Assembly (NCBI GenBank): GCA_037440005.1
Contig: JBBIUY010000005.1
Span: forward strand, 34,179-98,178
DNA: 64,000 bases
Origin: Armatimonadota bacterium
Lineage (GTDB): Bacteria > Sysuimicrobiota > Sysuimicrobiia > Sysuimicrobiales > Kaftiobacteriaceae
Direction of reading: 5' to 3'
Shown here: positions 10,015 to 19,176 of the stretch, piece after piece
Position numbering within the stretch: the stretch's first letter is position 1
How the letters are laid out: each line of letters starts with the position of its first letter
Program-made: the position numbers and the translations under genes
The notes under the pieces: model-generated
Told to the model about the DNA's origin: nothing
Databases searched by the model: none
Seen by the model: only the letters and a program-made list of their open reading frames with translations

Positions 10015-10944
10015 GTGCGCCGGGACGGCCCGCTGCCCATCGCCGCGCAGCTGGCCGAGCAGCTGGTGGCCCAGATCCGCTCGGGCCGGCTGGCCGCCGG
10101 CCAGCGGCTGCCGCCGGTCCGGGTCCTGGCGGGCTTTCTGCGGGTGAACCGCAACACCGTCGCCAAGGTGTACGGGGCCCTGGAGCGGGCCGGCTACTTG
10201 GTCACCGCGCCGGGGCGGGGGACGTTCGTCACCGCGGCGGCGGCGCCCGACGCCGCGCCCCTGGCTTCCCTGGTGGACCGGTTGCTGGACGAGGCGGCCG
10301 TCCGGGGGATGGACGAGACGGCCCTGGGGGCTGTGATCGCCGAGCGGGCGGCGCTGCGCCGCCACGCCCCGCGCCCGCGGATCGCCTTCGTGGAGTGCAA
10401 CCCCACCGACCTCGCCTACTTCGGCCGCCAGCTGGCCGAGCGGTTGCGCCGGCCCCTGGCCCTGCTGACCCTGGCCGACCTGCCGGCGGCGGCGGCGTCG
10501 GCGGACCTGGTGGCCACCACCATGTTCCACGTGGAGGACGTCCGTCGCCTGCTGCCCCGCCACGAGGTGGTGGGGCTGCTGGCGATGCCGGAGATGGCCG
10601 CCCTGGAGGCGGTGGCCGCGATTCCCGCCGGGGCCGCGGTGGCCCTGGTCTGCGCCACCGAGGAGGGGGTGCGCAGCAAGGAGCGATCCATCCGCGCGGT
10701 GGGGATCCACCGGATGCGGCTGCGGACGGCCACCTTGCAGCAGCCGGGACGCCTGGACCGGGTCCTGCGGGGGGCCGACGTGGTGGTGGCGTCGCCCAAG
10801 GTGCTGGAGAGGCTGCACGGCCGCATCCCGACCCGCGCCCGAGTGATCCCGTTCGGCAGCGTGCTCAGCGACGGCGCCCTGGCGCTGCTGGAGGAGCGCA
10901 TCCGCGCCTGGCGGCCGCGGCGGGTGCGGGAGGCGCGGTCGTGA
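10015..10944 (+). CDS. GntR-family transcriptional regulator
   Basis: GTG at 10015 in frame, just downstream of the palindrome. wHTH 'PPVRVLAGFLRVNRNTVAKVYGALERAGYLVTAPGRGTFV'. Long C-terminal effector domain. Confidence 0.75.
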   Translation: MRRDGPLPIAAQLAEQLVAQIRSGRLAAGQRLPPVRVLAGFLRVNRNTVAKVYGALERAGYLVTAPGRGTFVTAAAAPDAAPLASLVDRLLDEAAVRGMDETALGAVIAERAALRRHAPRPRIAFVECNPTDLAYFGRQLAERLRRPLALLTLADLPAAAASADLVATTMFHVEDVRRLLPRHEVVGLLAMPEMAALEAVAAIPAGAAVALVCATEEGVRSKERSIRAVGIHRMRLRTATLQQPGRLDRVLRGADVVVASPKVLERLHGRIPTRARVIPFGSVLSDGALALLEERIRAWRPRRVREARS

Positions 10945-11969
10945 GCCGACTGCGGGTGGCGGTCCTGATGGGCGGCCCGTCGGCTGAGCGGGAGGTCTCC
11001 CTGGCCACCGGGCGGGAGGTGGCGCGGGCTCTGGACTCCGCCCGCTACGACGTCCTGCCCGTGGAGATCGCGGCGGACGGGCGGTGGGTGGTGGGCGTGC
11101 CCGGACACGCAGCCGCCGGCGGCGCCGCGACGGCCGGCCCGCGCGGCGAGCCCGGCATCGAGCGGGTCCTGTTCTCCCACGGGGTGGACGTGGCGTTCAT
11201 CGCCCTGCACGGGCCGTACGGGGAGGATGGCACCGTCCAGGGGCTGCTGGAGCTGCTGGGCATCCCGTACACCGGGTCCGGCGTGCTGGCCAGCGCCCTG
11301 GGGATGGACAAGTGGCGCAGCCGCCAGCTGTTCGAGCGCAACGGCATCCCCGTGCCCCGCTCCCTGGCCGTCCGGCGCGAGGACTGGCAGAACCGCGCCC
11401 GCGTGCGCCGGCTGGTGGACGACAGCCTGGGGTATCCCTGCGTGGTGAAGCCCAACGCCCAGGGCAGCACCATCGGCGTCTCGCTGGTGCGCTCTCCGGC
11501 GGACCTGGACCGGGCGGTGGACCTGGCTTTCACCTACGGCCCGGTGGTCCTGGTCGAGGAGTACGTGGCGGGGGTCGAGATCACCGTGGGCATTCTCGAA
11601 GACCCCGACACCGGCCGGCCGGAGTCGCTGCCGGTCATCGAGATCGTGCCCCACGACGAGTTCTACACCTACGCGGCCAAATACGCCTCCGGAGGCAGCG
11701 ACCACATCATCCCGGCCCGCATCCCCGAGGCGGTGGCCCGCCGGGCCCAGGACCTGGCGGTGCGGGCCCACGACGCGCTCGGGTGCGAGGGGATGTCGCG
11801 GGTGGACATGATCGCCCGGGGGCGGGACGTGGTGGTCCTGGAGGTCAACACCATCCCCGGCATGACGCCCACCAGCCTGCTGCCCGACGCGGCCCGGGCC
11901 GCCGGGATCGACTTCCCCTCCCTGGTGGACCGGATCGTCCGCTGCGCCCTGCGCCGGCGCGGACGGTAG
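10941..11969 (+). CDS. ddl: D-alanine--D-alanine ligase
   Basis: GTG start overlaps the GntR stop (GTGA). 'VAVLMGGPSAEREVSL', ATP-grasp 'GYPCVVKPNAQGSTIGVS', 'VEEYVAGVEITVGIL', 'LEVNTIPGMT'. Confidence 0.85.
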   Translation: MSRLRVAVLMGGPSAEREVSLATGREVARALDSARYDVLPVEIAADGRWVVGVPGHAAAGGAATAGPRGEPGIERVLFSHGVDVAFIALHGPYGEDGTVQGLLELLGIPYTGSGVLASALGMDKWRSRQLFERNGIPVPRSLAVRREDWQNRARVRRLVDDSLGYPCVVKPNAQGSTIGVSLVRSPADLDRAVDLAFTYGPVVLVEEYVAGVEITVGILEDPDTGRPESLPVIEIVPHDEFYTYAAKYASGGSDHIIPARIPEAVARRAQDLAVRAHDALGCEGMSRVDMIARGRDVVVLEVNTIPGMTPTSLLPDAARAAGIDFPSLVDRIVRCALRRRGR

Positions 11970-12036
11970 GCGGGGCCGGGACCCGGCCACCGGCCGCAGG
12001 GGGCGCCCGGCCGGCCACCGAAGATCGTCCCGGCCG

Positions 12037-12909
12037 ATGGAGCGCGACCGGTTCATTAAGTCCCACGCCCTGGGCAACGACTACCTCATCGTGGACCCCC
12101 GGGCGCTGTCCTTTCCGCTGACCGAGGACGCGGTCCGGCTGCTCTGCGACCGCCACCGGGGGGTGGGTTCGGACGGGATCCTCGCCCTGGTGCCCTCGCA
12201 GCGGGCGGACTTCGGCGTGCGCATCTTCAACCCGGACGGCAGCGAGGCGGAAAAGAGCGGCAACGGCCTGCGCATCCTGGCCCGCTACCTGTACGACCGC
12301 GGCCTCACCCGGCAGACCCGGTTCACCGTGGAGACGGCCGGCGGGGTGGTGGGGGTGGAGGTGCACCTGCGGGACGGGGCGGTGGAGCAGATCACCGTGG
12401 AGATGGGCCGGGCGGCGTTCCGCAGCGACCTGATCCCCGCCGCGGGCCCCCTCCGGGACGTGGTGGACGAGCCGGTGGCGGTGGACGGAGAGCGCCTGGT
12501 CGTCACGGCGGTCTCGGTGGGCAACCCCCACTGCGTGGTGTTCACCGACGAGCTGCGCCCGGCGGACCTGCGCCGGCTGGGCCCGCTGCTGGAGCGCCAC
12601 CCGCTGTTCCCCCGGCGGACCAACGTCCAGTTCGCCCGGGTGCTCTCCCCCGACCGCGTCGCCATCCTGATCTGGGAGCGGGGGGCGGGCGAGACCCTGG
12701 CCTCGGGCAGCAGCGCCTGCGCCGTGGCCGCCGCGGCCGTGCGCAGGGGGCTGGCGGGCCGGCAGGTCACGGTGGTCATGCCCGGGGGGGAACTGCAGGT
12801 GGCGGTCTCGGAGGAGTGGGACCTGCGGCTGACCGGCCCGGCCGAGGAGATCTGCGCCGGCGTCCTGTCCCCCGCCCTGGTGGCCCGCCTGGGAGGACTG
12901 CGCCCGTGA
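12037..12909 (+). CDS. dapF: Diaminopimelate epimerase
   Basis: 'FIKSHALGNDYLIVD'. Catalytic 'SVGNPHCVVF' and 'SGSSACAVA'. 290 aa. Confidence 0.85.
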   Translation: MERDRFIKSHALGNDYLIVDPRALSFPLTEDAVRLLCDRHRGVGSDGILALVPSQRADFGVRIFNPDGSEAEKSGNGLRILARYLYDRGLTRQTRFTVETAGGVVGVEVHLRDGAVEQITVEMGRAAFRSDLIPAAGPLRDVVDEPVAVDGERLVVTAVSVGNPHCVVFTDELRPADLRRLGPLLERHPLFPRRTNVQFARVLSPDRVAILIWERGAGETLASGSSACAVAAAAVRRGLAGRQVTVVMPGGELQVAVSEEWDLRLTGPAEEICAGVLSPALVARLGGLRP

Positions 12910-14183
12910 AGCGCCTACTCTACGTGGTCCTGGACGGGCTGGCCGACCGGCCGGTGGGGGAGTTACAGGACCGCACGCCCCTGGAGGCGGCGGCCACCCC
13001 CCACCTGGACGACCTGGCGGTCCGGGGAGCTCTGGGGACGGTGCTGACGGTAGGGGAAGGGATCGCCCCGGAGTCGGACGTGGCGGTGATGGCCATCCTG
13101 GGCTACGACCCGCTGCGCTACCACACCGGCCGGGGACCTCTGGAAGCGGTGGGGGCGGGGCTGCGGTTCCGCGACGGCGACGTGGCCCTGCGGGGCAACT
13201 TCGCCACCGTGGACGCGGGGTGGACCATCGTGGACCGCCGCGCCGGCCGCTCCCTGCAGACCACGGACGCCGCCGCGCTGGCCGAGGCCGTGACCCGGGA
13301 GGTCCGCCTGACGGCGGCGCCCGCCGAGGTGGAGGTGGTGGCCACGGTGGCCTACCGCTGCGCCGTGGTCCTGCGCCCCAGAGACGGCCGGCTGTCGGCG
13401 AAGATCTCCAACACCGACCCCGCCTACGGCCGGGTGGAGGGGCTGGGGGTGGCCCGGGTGGTGGCGGGCACGACGGTGGAGGAGTGCCGGCCTCTGGACG
13501 ACAGCCCCGAGGCGTGGACCACCGCGGAGCTGGTCAACGAGTTCACCCGCAAGTCCCGGGAAATCCTGGACGCCCACCCGGTCAACGAGCGCCGCCGGCG
13601 CGCCGGCCAGCCGCCGGCCAACGTGATCCTGCTGCGGGACGCCGGCGACCACCTGCCCGACGTCCCGCCCCTGGCCGAACGCTTCGGCATCACGCTGGGC
13701 TGTTTTGTGGAGATGCCCGTGGAGCGCGGCATCGCCCGCCTGCTGGGCATGGCGGTGGTGGAGGTCCCTCCCGGCGCTGCGGACCGGGAACGGGTCTACC
13801 GCCAGTGGGCCCGGCGGGCGGCGGACGAGCTGCCGCGCCACGGCGGGCTGTACCTGCACCTGAAGGGTCCCGACGAACCCGGCCACGACGGCGACTGCGC
13901 CGCCAAGCGGGACGTGATCGCGCTGATCGACCGGGCGTTCTTCGGCGAACTGCTGCCCCGGCTGGACCGGGAGCAGACCGTGGTGGCGGTGACCGCCGAC
14001 CACGCCACGCCCTGCGGCCTGCGCGCGCATTCGGCCGACCCGGTTCCGCTGCTGGTCTGCGGCGGCGGCCTGGCACCCGACGACACCCGCGCCTTCTCCG
14101 AACGGGAAGCCGCGCGGGGATCGCTGGGGCGCCGCCGGGGCGTGGACATTCTGCCCCTGCTGGTGGACCTGCTGCGGACCTGA
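12906..14183 (+). CDS. apgM: Cofactor-independent phosphoglycerate mutase, archaeal type (ApgM family)
   Basis: GTG at 12906 overlaps the dapF stop. 'LYVVLDGLADRP', 'LHLKGPDEPGHDGD', 'VTADHATPC'. Confidence 0.75.
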   Translation: MKRLLYVVLDGLADRPVGELQDRTPLEAAATPHLDDLAVRGALGTVLTVGEGIAPESDVAVMAILGYDPLRYHTGRGPLEAVGAGLRFRDGDVALRGNFATVDAGWTIVDRRAGRSLQTTDAAALAEAVTREVRLTAAPAEVEVVATVAYRCAVVLRPRDGRLSAKISNTDPAYGRVEGLGVARVVAGTTVEECRPLDDSPEAWTTAELVNEFTRKSREILDAHPVNERRRRAGQPPANVILLRDAGDHLPDVPPLAERFGITLGCFVEMPVERGIARLLGMAVVEVPPGAADRERVYRQWARRAADELPRHGGLYLHLKGPDEPGHDGDCAAKRDVIALIDRAFFGELLPRLDREQTVVAVTADHATPCGLRAHSADPVPLLVCGGGLAPDDTRAFSEREAARGSLGRRRGVDILPLLVDLLRT

Positions 14184-14252
14184 TCCGGTCGGTCCGGCCT
14201 GCAGGCGCGGACGGCCCGGACTACGCCCGCGGTCCTGCGGGCAGAATCGCCG

Positions 14253-15569
14253 GTGATGCGTCGCGCGCCGGCGGCGGTGCTCGCGGTGGGGCTGCTGGGG
14301 GCGGTGGCGGCCGGGACCGTCCCGGCGGACGCCCGCGGGGCCGCGGTGCGGCCGGGCTCCGAGGGCCTGCGGTCCGTGGCGGGGCTGCTGGCCGGCCGGC
14401 GCGTCGGCCTGGTGACCCACCACGCCGCCGTCACCTCCGACGGGCGCCACACGGCGGAGGTGCTGGCGGCCCTGCCCGGGGTGCGGATCGCGGCCCTGTT
14501 CACCCCCGAGCACGGTTTTGACGGTTCGGGGACGGGGCCAGCGTCCCTGCCCTCCCGCGCGCCCGTCTACGCGCTGTTCGGACGCCGCTACGAGCCCACG
14601 CCGGCGATGCTGTCCCGGGTGGACGTGGTGGTGGTGGACCTGCAGGACGTGGGGGTGCGGCCGTACACCTACGCGTCCACCATGGCGCTGGTCATGCAGG
14701 CCGCCCGGCGGGCGGGCAAGCCGGTGGTGGTCCTGGACCGTCCCAACCCTCTGGGCGGCGTGGTGGTGGACGGGCCGGTTCTGGACCCGGCGTTCCGGTC
14801 GTTCATCGGGCTGTATCCGGTCCCCTACGTGCACGGGATGACCCTCGGCGAGCTGGCGCGCCTGTACAACACCGCGTTCGGCATCGGCGCCGACCTGCAT
14901 GTGGTCCCCCTGCAGGGGTGGAGCCGCCGGATGCGGTGGGCGGAGACGGGTCTGCCCTGGGTCAACCCCTCCCCGGGCCTGCTGACCCCCGACAGCCCCC
15001 TGTACTACGCCGCCACCGGCGCGGTGGACGGGACCAACCTGTGGAACGGGGTGAGCACCGACTACCGCTTCCGGGTCATTCTGGCGCCGTGGCTGGACGG
15101 CCCCGCGCTGGCCGGCCGGCTGAACCGCCTGCATCTGCCCGGGGTGCGCTTCTCCCCGGTGACCGTCCCCCACCCGCGCACCCGCCGCCTGTGGTCGGGC
15201 GTGCAGCTCCACGTCACCGACGCGGCCGCATTCCGGCCGCTGCAGACCACCGTGCACGTGCTGGTGGAGATCCGCCGGTTGCACGGCGGCCAGCTGGTCT
15301 TCCGCCGGCCCCGGCGGGGGCAGTACCTGTTCGACCGGGTGTGGGGCACCTCCCAGGTGCGGCGGGACATCGTCGCCGGCCGCAGCGCCGCCGACATCAT
15401 CGCCCGCTGGCAGCCGGGCCTGCGCAGGTTCGCGGTCCTGCGGGAGCGCGCGCTGCTGTACCCCGACACGCCGGTCGCCGAGGAGGCCGTCACCACCGCG
15501 GCCCCGCCCCCGCCGCCGGCAGGCCCGCCCGCCGTGCCGGCGTTTGGCCACCGGGGCCTGGACGAGTAG
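14253..15569 (+). CDS. DUF1343-family protein (exo-beta-N-acetylmuramidase NamZ-like), secreted
   Basis: Signal peptide 'AAVLAVGLLGAVAAG'. 'VGLVTHHAAVTSDGRH', 'VDVVVVDLQDVGVRPYTY', 'VVVLDRPNP', 'LYYAATGAVDGTN'. Confidence 0.65.
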   Translation: MMRRAPAAVLAVGLLGAVAAGTVPADARGAAVRPGSEGLRSVAGLLAGRRVGLVTHHAAVTSDGRHTAEVLAALPGVRIAALFTPEHGFDGSGTGPASLPSRAPVYALFGRRYEPTPAMLSRVDVVVVDLQDVGVRPYTYASTMALVMQAARRAGKPVVVLDRPNPLGGVVVDGPVLDPAFRSFIGLYPVPYVHGMTLGELARLYNTAFGIGADLHVVPLQGWSRRMRWAETGLPWVNPSPGLLTPDSPLYYAATGAVDGTNLWNGVSTDYRFRVILAPWLDGPALAGRLNRLHLPGVRFSPVTVPHPRTRRLWSGVQLHVTDAAAFRPLQTTVHVLVEIRRLHGGQLVFRRPRRGQYLFDRVWGTSQVRRDIVAGRSAADIIARWQPGLRRFAVLRERALLYPDTPVAEEAVTTAAPPPPPAGPPAVPAFGHRGLDE

Positions 15570-15572
15570 GGC

Positions 15573-17345
15573 TTACGGTCGCACGGCCAGCAGACGCCAC
15601 CGGCCCGGCACGCCCCGCAGTTCGTGCTCGCCGCGGTGCAGCCGCAGGGCGATCTGGTAGGTCTGCTCCTGGGCCCGCATGGTGGGGGCGTGAGCCGCCA
15701 GGTACCTGGCGGCGGCCAGCAGGAAGGTGCCGGCCTCCCCGTCCGGGGCCAGGGCGGCCTGGCGGACCGCCGCCTCCACCATCTGGATCGCGTGGACGTT
15801 GCGGTCTTCCCGGAGCAGGAGGTGGCCCAGGGTGGCGGCCAGCCGTCCAGGGTCGCCCCCGCTGTGCAGATATCGGGTCACCACCGCCGCCGCCTCGTGC
15901 ACCTGCTGCTGGCGGTCCAGCAGGGACGCCAGGTCCGCCAGCAGGAGGGTGGGGTCGGCCACCGGTTCGCCGGGCTCGGGCAGGGGCGCCGCAGGCACGT
16001 TGAGGAAGCGGTCCAGGTAGACGCTCATGGCCGCGTCGAACACCCCGCGCAGGAGCTCGACGGTGGGCGCCCGCTGGAGCATCCGGCAAACGGCGTGGGC
16101 GAAGCTGAACGTGTGCAGGGCGGTGTCCCAGTCGGAGAACTCGTTGCTGGTGTGGAAGCGGGCGATCCGGACCGCCGCGGCGTGAGCGACAGCCCGCGCC
16201 AGGGTCGCCTCGTCGCACCCCTCCCGCAGGGCCTGCAGCAGCGCGCCGGCGATCGCCCGGGGGTCGTCCGCCAGCAGGACCGGCAGCAGGTCCGCCGTCC
16301 CGGGGTAAGTCGTGCGCCGGGAGCGCCCCTCCTCCACCGCCGCCGGCAGGGCCTCGCACGCGTCCTCGACGATCTCCACCAGGTCCACCGGGTGCCGCCA
16401 GGCACCCGACTCCTCCATGCGGTCGCCGCCGGCCAGAAGTCCGGCCAGGGTGCCCAGCACCAGGTCCGCCAGGTGCCAGCCGGCCAGGTCCAGAGCCTCC
16501 AGGGCCTTGTTGGTGAAGTCCAGGACGCGCCCCTGGGACAGGTACCGGTGCTCGGTGGCCGCCGCGCCCAGGATGGCGGCCATCGTGCGGCTGTCGGCGC
16601 CCGCCCGCACGGCCGAGACGATGCAGCGCTCGACGCCTTCCTCATCGCGCACCTCCGCGAACCGGCGCAGCATCCGACCCAGGCTGTCCGGGTCCGTCGC
16701 CGGCGACGGCAGGGGGCGTAGCGGAAACCGCGGCGGGGAGTCGGCGCAGTCGGCGGCCACCGCGGCCAGACCGTGGTACAGCGCCCGGGGCCGGTCGTCG
16801 GGGTCCAGGGACGGCAGCAGGTTCATCAGGCAGGTGAGGATGGTCAGTCCCTGGCCCCACCCGGCCTGGCGGTAGTGGACTCCGAACTCCAGCCCGGCCC
16901 GGAAGGCCTCCACCGGATCGTCGCCCGCGGCCAGCAGCGCGATCGAGGACTTGGCGATCACCAGGGGGATGGCCCGCTCCAGCCCGTCCCGCAGCCTCCG
17001 GCGGTGGTGCTCCCGGGGGTCCTCCCGCGGAGCCAGGTCCACCCACACCTCGCCGTCGCGGATCTCCACCGGAAACACGCGCACGTCGTCGGCCCAGGGG
17101 TCGAAGGTCCCCCCGCTGGCCAGGTCGAAGCGGGCGTGGTGCCAGTGGCAGGTGAGGATGCCCTGGTCCAGCGTTCCCCGGTGCAGGGGAAAGCCCATGT
17201 GCGGACAGCGGTTGTCCACGGCGTAGATCCGCCCCTGGTGGGAGAACAGGACGATGGCGTGGCCGTCGGCCTGGACCACCAGGCGGTCGGCCGCTTCGAC
17301 CTCCTCCACCGAGGCCACGCGCACCAGATGCGGGGAGACGACCAT
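15573..17345 (-). CDS. Rieske [2Fe-2S] domain protein fused to a ~480-aa uncharacterised alpha-helical domain
   Basis: N-terminal ~100 aa carry the Rieske ligand boxes 'CPHMGFPLH' and 'CHWHHARFD'. The remaining ~480 aa have no recognisable motif. 590 aa. Confidence 0.6.
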   Translation of the reverse strand: MVVSPHLVRVASVEEVEAADRLVVQADGHAIVLFSHQGRIYAVDNRCPHMGFPLHRGTLDQGILTCHWHHARFDLASGGTFDPWADDVRVFPVEIRDGEVWVDLAPREDPREHHRRRLRDGLERAIPLVIAKSSIALLAAGDDPVEAFRAGLEFGVHYRQAGWGQGLTILTCLMNLLPSLDPDDRPRALYHGLAAVAADCADSPPRFPLRPLPSPATDPDSLGRMLRRFAEVRDEEGVERCIVSAVRAGADSRTMAAILGAAATEHRYLSQGRVLDFTNKALEALDLAGWHLADLVLGTLAGLLAGGDRMEESGAWRHPVDLVEIVEDACEALPAAVEEGRSRRTTYPGTADLLPVLLADDPRAIAGALLQALREGCDEATLARAVAHAAAVRIARFHTSNEFSDWDTALHTFSFAHAVCRMLQRAPTVELLRGVFDAAMSVYLDRFLNVPAAPLPEPGEPVADPTLLLADLASLLDRQQQVHEAAAVVTRYLHSGGDPGRLAATLGHLLLREDRNVHAIQMVEAAVRQAALAPDGEAGTFLLAAARYLAAHAPTMRAQEQTYQIALRLHRGEHELRGVPGRWRLLAVRP

Positions 17346-17503
17346 CCGGGTGCTCCTGTTCGTCGCGGCGCGCTATGGCTCCCTGCCGGGCCCGGCTGAG
17401 GCCCTTCCGGCGGTGAGCATATCCGTCGGACACCCGCAGCGGCTGTGACGGAGGGCACAGAGAGAAGAGGGAAAAAGGAAAAGGGAAAAGGGGAAAGGGG
17501 GGG

Positions 17504-18025
17504 ATGGGGGTGGAGCGGGCGGCGGGCGTCGTGCAGTGGATCGTGCAGAGGTGCGACCAGACCTACCGGGCCGGCAACTGGGCCGGGCGGGGGGTGCAGG
17601 CCGCCCTGGCTGACCTCACCCCGCAGGAAGCCCACTGAAGGCCGCACCCGCACCAGCACACCATCGCCGAGATCGTCCTGTACATGGCCTACTGGAAGGA
17701 CGCCGTCTCCGCGCGCCTGTCCGGCGCCCCCTGGACCTACGACGAAGCCCGGGACTGGCGGGAAGTGGCGCCCACCGCAGAAGGTCTGGCGGCGGCGCTG
17801 GCGGAGCTGGACGCCGCCCACGGGCGCCTGATGGAGCACCTGCGGACGCTGACCGAGCAGCGCCTGTTCACTCCCGTGGGAAAGGCGTGGTGGTCGCCGT
17901 CGGGTCAGGCTCTGCTGCTGGACCTGGCCGTGGACGTGGCCACCCACGACAGCTACCACGCCGCCCAGATCTTCGTGCTGCGCCGGCTGCACGCCGGACG
18001 CCCGCCCGCCTCGGGCGGGTCCTGA
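17504..18025 (+). pseudogene. DinB-family (DinB_2 / four-helix-bundle) protein interrupted by an in-frame TGA at 17636-17638
   Basis: ATG at 17504 runs in the same frame as track ORF 17684..18025. 'QEAH-TGA-RPHPHQHTIAEIVLYMAYW' spans the family's conserved helix, with the stop at a usually aromatic (Trp-like) position. Stop codon verified by codon count. Confidence 0.5.
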
Positions 18026-18147
18026 CTTCCCGCAGGACCCTCCTGCGGCTCTCACACGCTCGGGTCGCCCGGGGTGCCCGCAAGCCCCGGGCCAGGTCCT
18101 CGTTCAGCCCTTGACATACGAACAAAGGTTCGTATATTATCCCACTC

Positions 18148-19140
18148 GTGGGGCACGTCCAGGGAGACCTCTTCCCCGACCAGCCGCCGCCTCCGGCCTC
18201 CGTGCGGCTGTTCCGCGCCATTGGCCTGCGGGTTACCCCTCAGGTGGAGTGGGTGGAAGTGCGTGTCCGCTCCGTCCTCAACCGCGTGCAGGGGATGCCG
18301 TTTCGGTGGTCCATCAACCCGTACCGGGGGTGCCAGCATCAGTGTCCCTTCTGCTACGCCCGCCGCACCCACTGGTTTTTGGACCAGGACGGCGTCGCCG
18401 ACTGGGGACGGCGGGTCTTCGTGAAGGTCAACGCCCCCCAGGTCCTGCGCCGGGAACTGGCCGATCCCCGCTGGGCGCGGGAGGAGGTCCACCTGGGCAC
18501 CGCCACCGACCCCTACCAGCCCGCCGAGGGCATCTACCGGCTGACCCGTCAGATCCTCCAGACGCTGCACGAGTATCGCACCCCGGCTGCGGTCGTCACC
18601 CGGTCCACGATGGTGGTGCGGGACAGGGACGTCCTGCAGGCGATGGCCCGCGGCGCGGGCGCGACGGTCTGCGTCAGCGTCGCCACCATGGACGAGGGTC
18701 TGGCGCGCCAGATCGAGCCCGACGTGCCCCCGCCGCGCGCCCGCCTGCACGCGCTGCGGGTCCTGGCGGACGCCGGGATCCCCACCGGGGTGCTGCTGGC
18801 GCCGGTCCTGCCGGGCCTCACCGACAGCCCCGGGCAGCTGGCGGCGGTGGTGGAGGCCGCCCGCGACCACGGCGCCCGGTGGCTGTGGACCAACACCCTG
18901 CACCTGGGCGACGTCACCCGGCAGGCGTTCTTTCAGTTTCTGCAGCGCTGGCATCCCCACCTGGTTCCCGAGTACGAGCGCCTGTACCGCGGGAAGTACG
19001 CCCCACGCGCGTACCAGCGCCGGGTCCAGGAGGTGGTGGCGGCGCTGCGGGCCCGCTGCGGCTTCGGCCGTCGGGCCGACGGGCCGGCCCATCTCCCGGA
19101 CGGCGAGGCGCCGACAGCGCTCCCCCTGCGTCTGCTCTGA
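18148..19140 (+). CDS. Radical SAM domain protein (COG1533 DNA-repair photolyase / SplB-like)
   Basis: Cx3Cx2C cluster 'GCQHQCPFCYA'. 330 aa. Adjacent to the DinB-like gene. Confidence 0.7.
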   Translation: MGHVQGDLFPDQPPPPASVRLFRAIGLRVTPQVEWVEVRVRSVLNRVQGMPFRWSINPYRGCQHQCPFCYARRTHWFLDQDGVADWGRRVFVKVNAPQVLRRELADPRWAREEVHLGTATDPYQPAEGIYRLTRQILQTLHEYRTPAAVVTRSTMVVRDRDVLQAMARGAGATVCVSVATMDEGLARQIEPDVPPPRARLHALRVLADAGIPTGVLLAPVLPGLTDSPGQLAAVVEAARDHGARWLWTNTLHLGDVTRQAFFQFLQRWHPHLVPEYERLYRGKYAPRAYQRRVQEVVAALRARCGFGRRADGPAHLPDGEAPTALPLRLL

Positions 19141-19176
19141 CGCGCGCGTTGCGCGGTTCCGTCCGGGCAGGCTACA

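Noticed and set aside
12963-15551. 862-aa - strand ORF
   Set aside because: Antisense to apgM and the DUF1343 gene. No domain signal.
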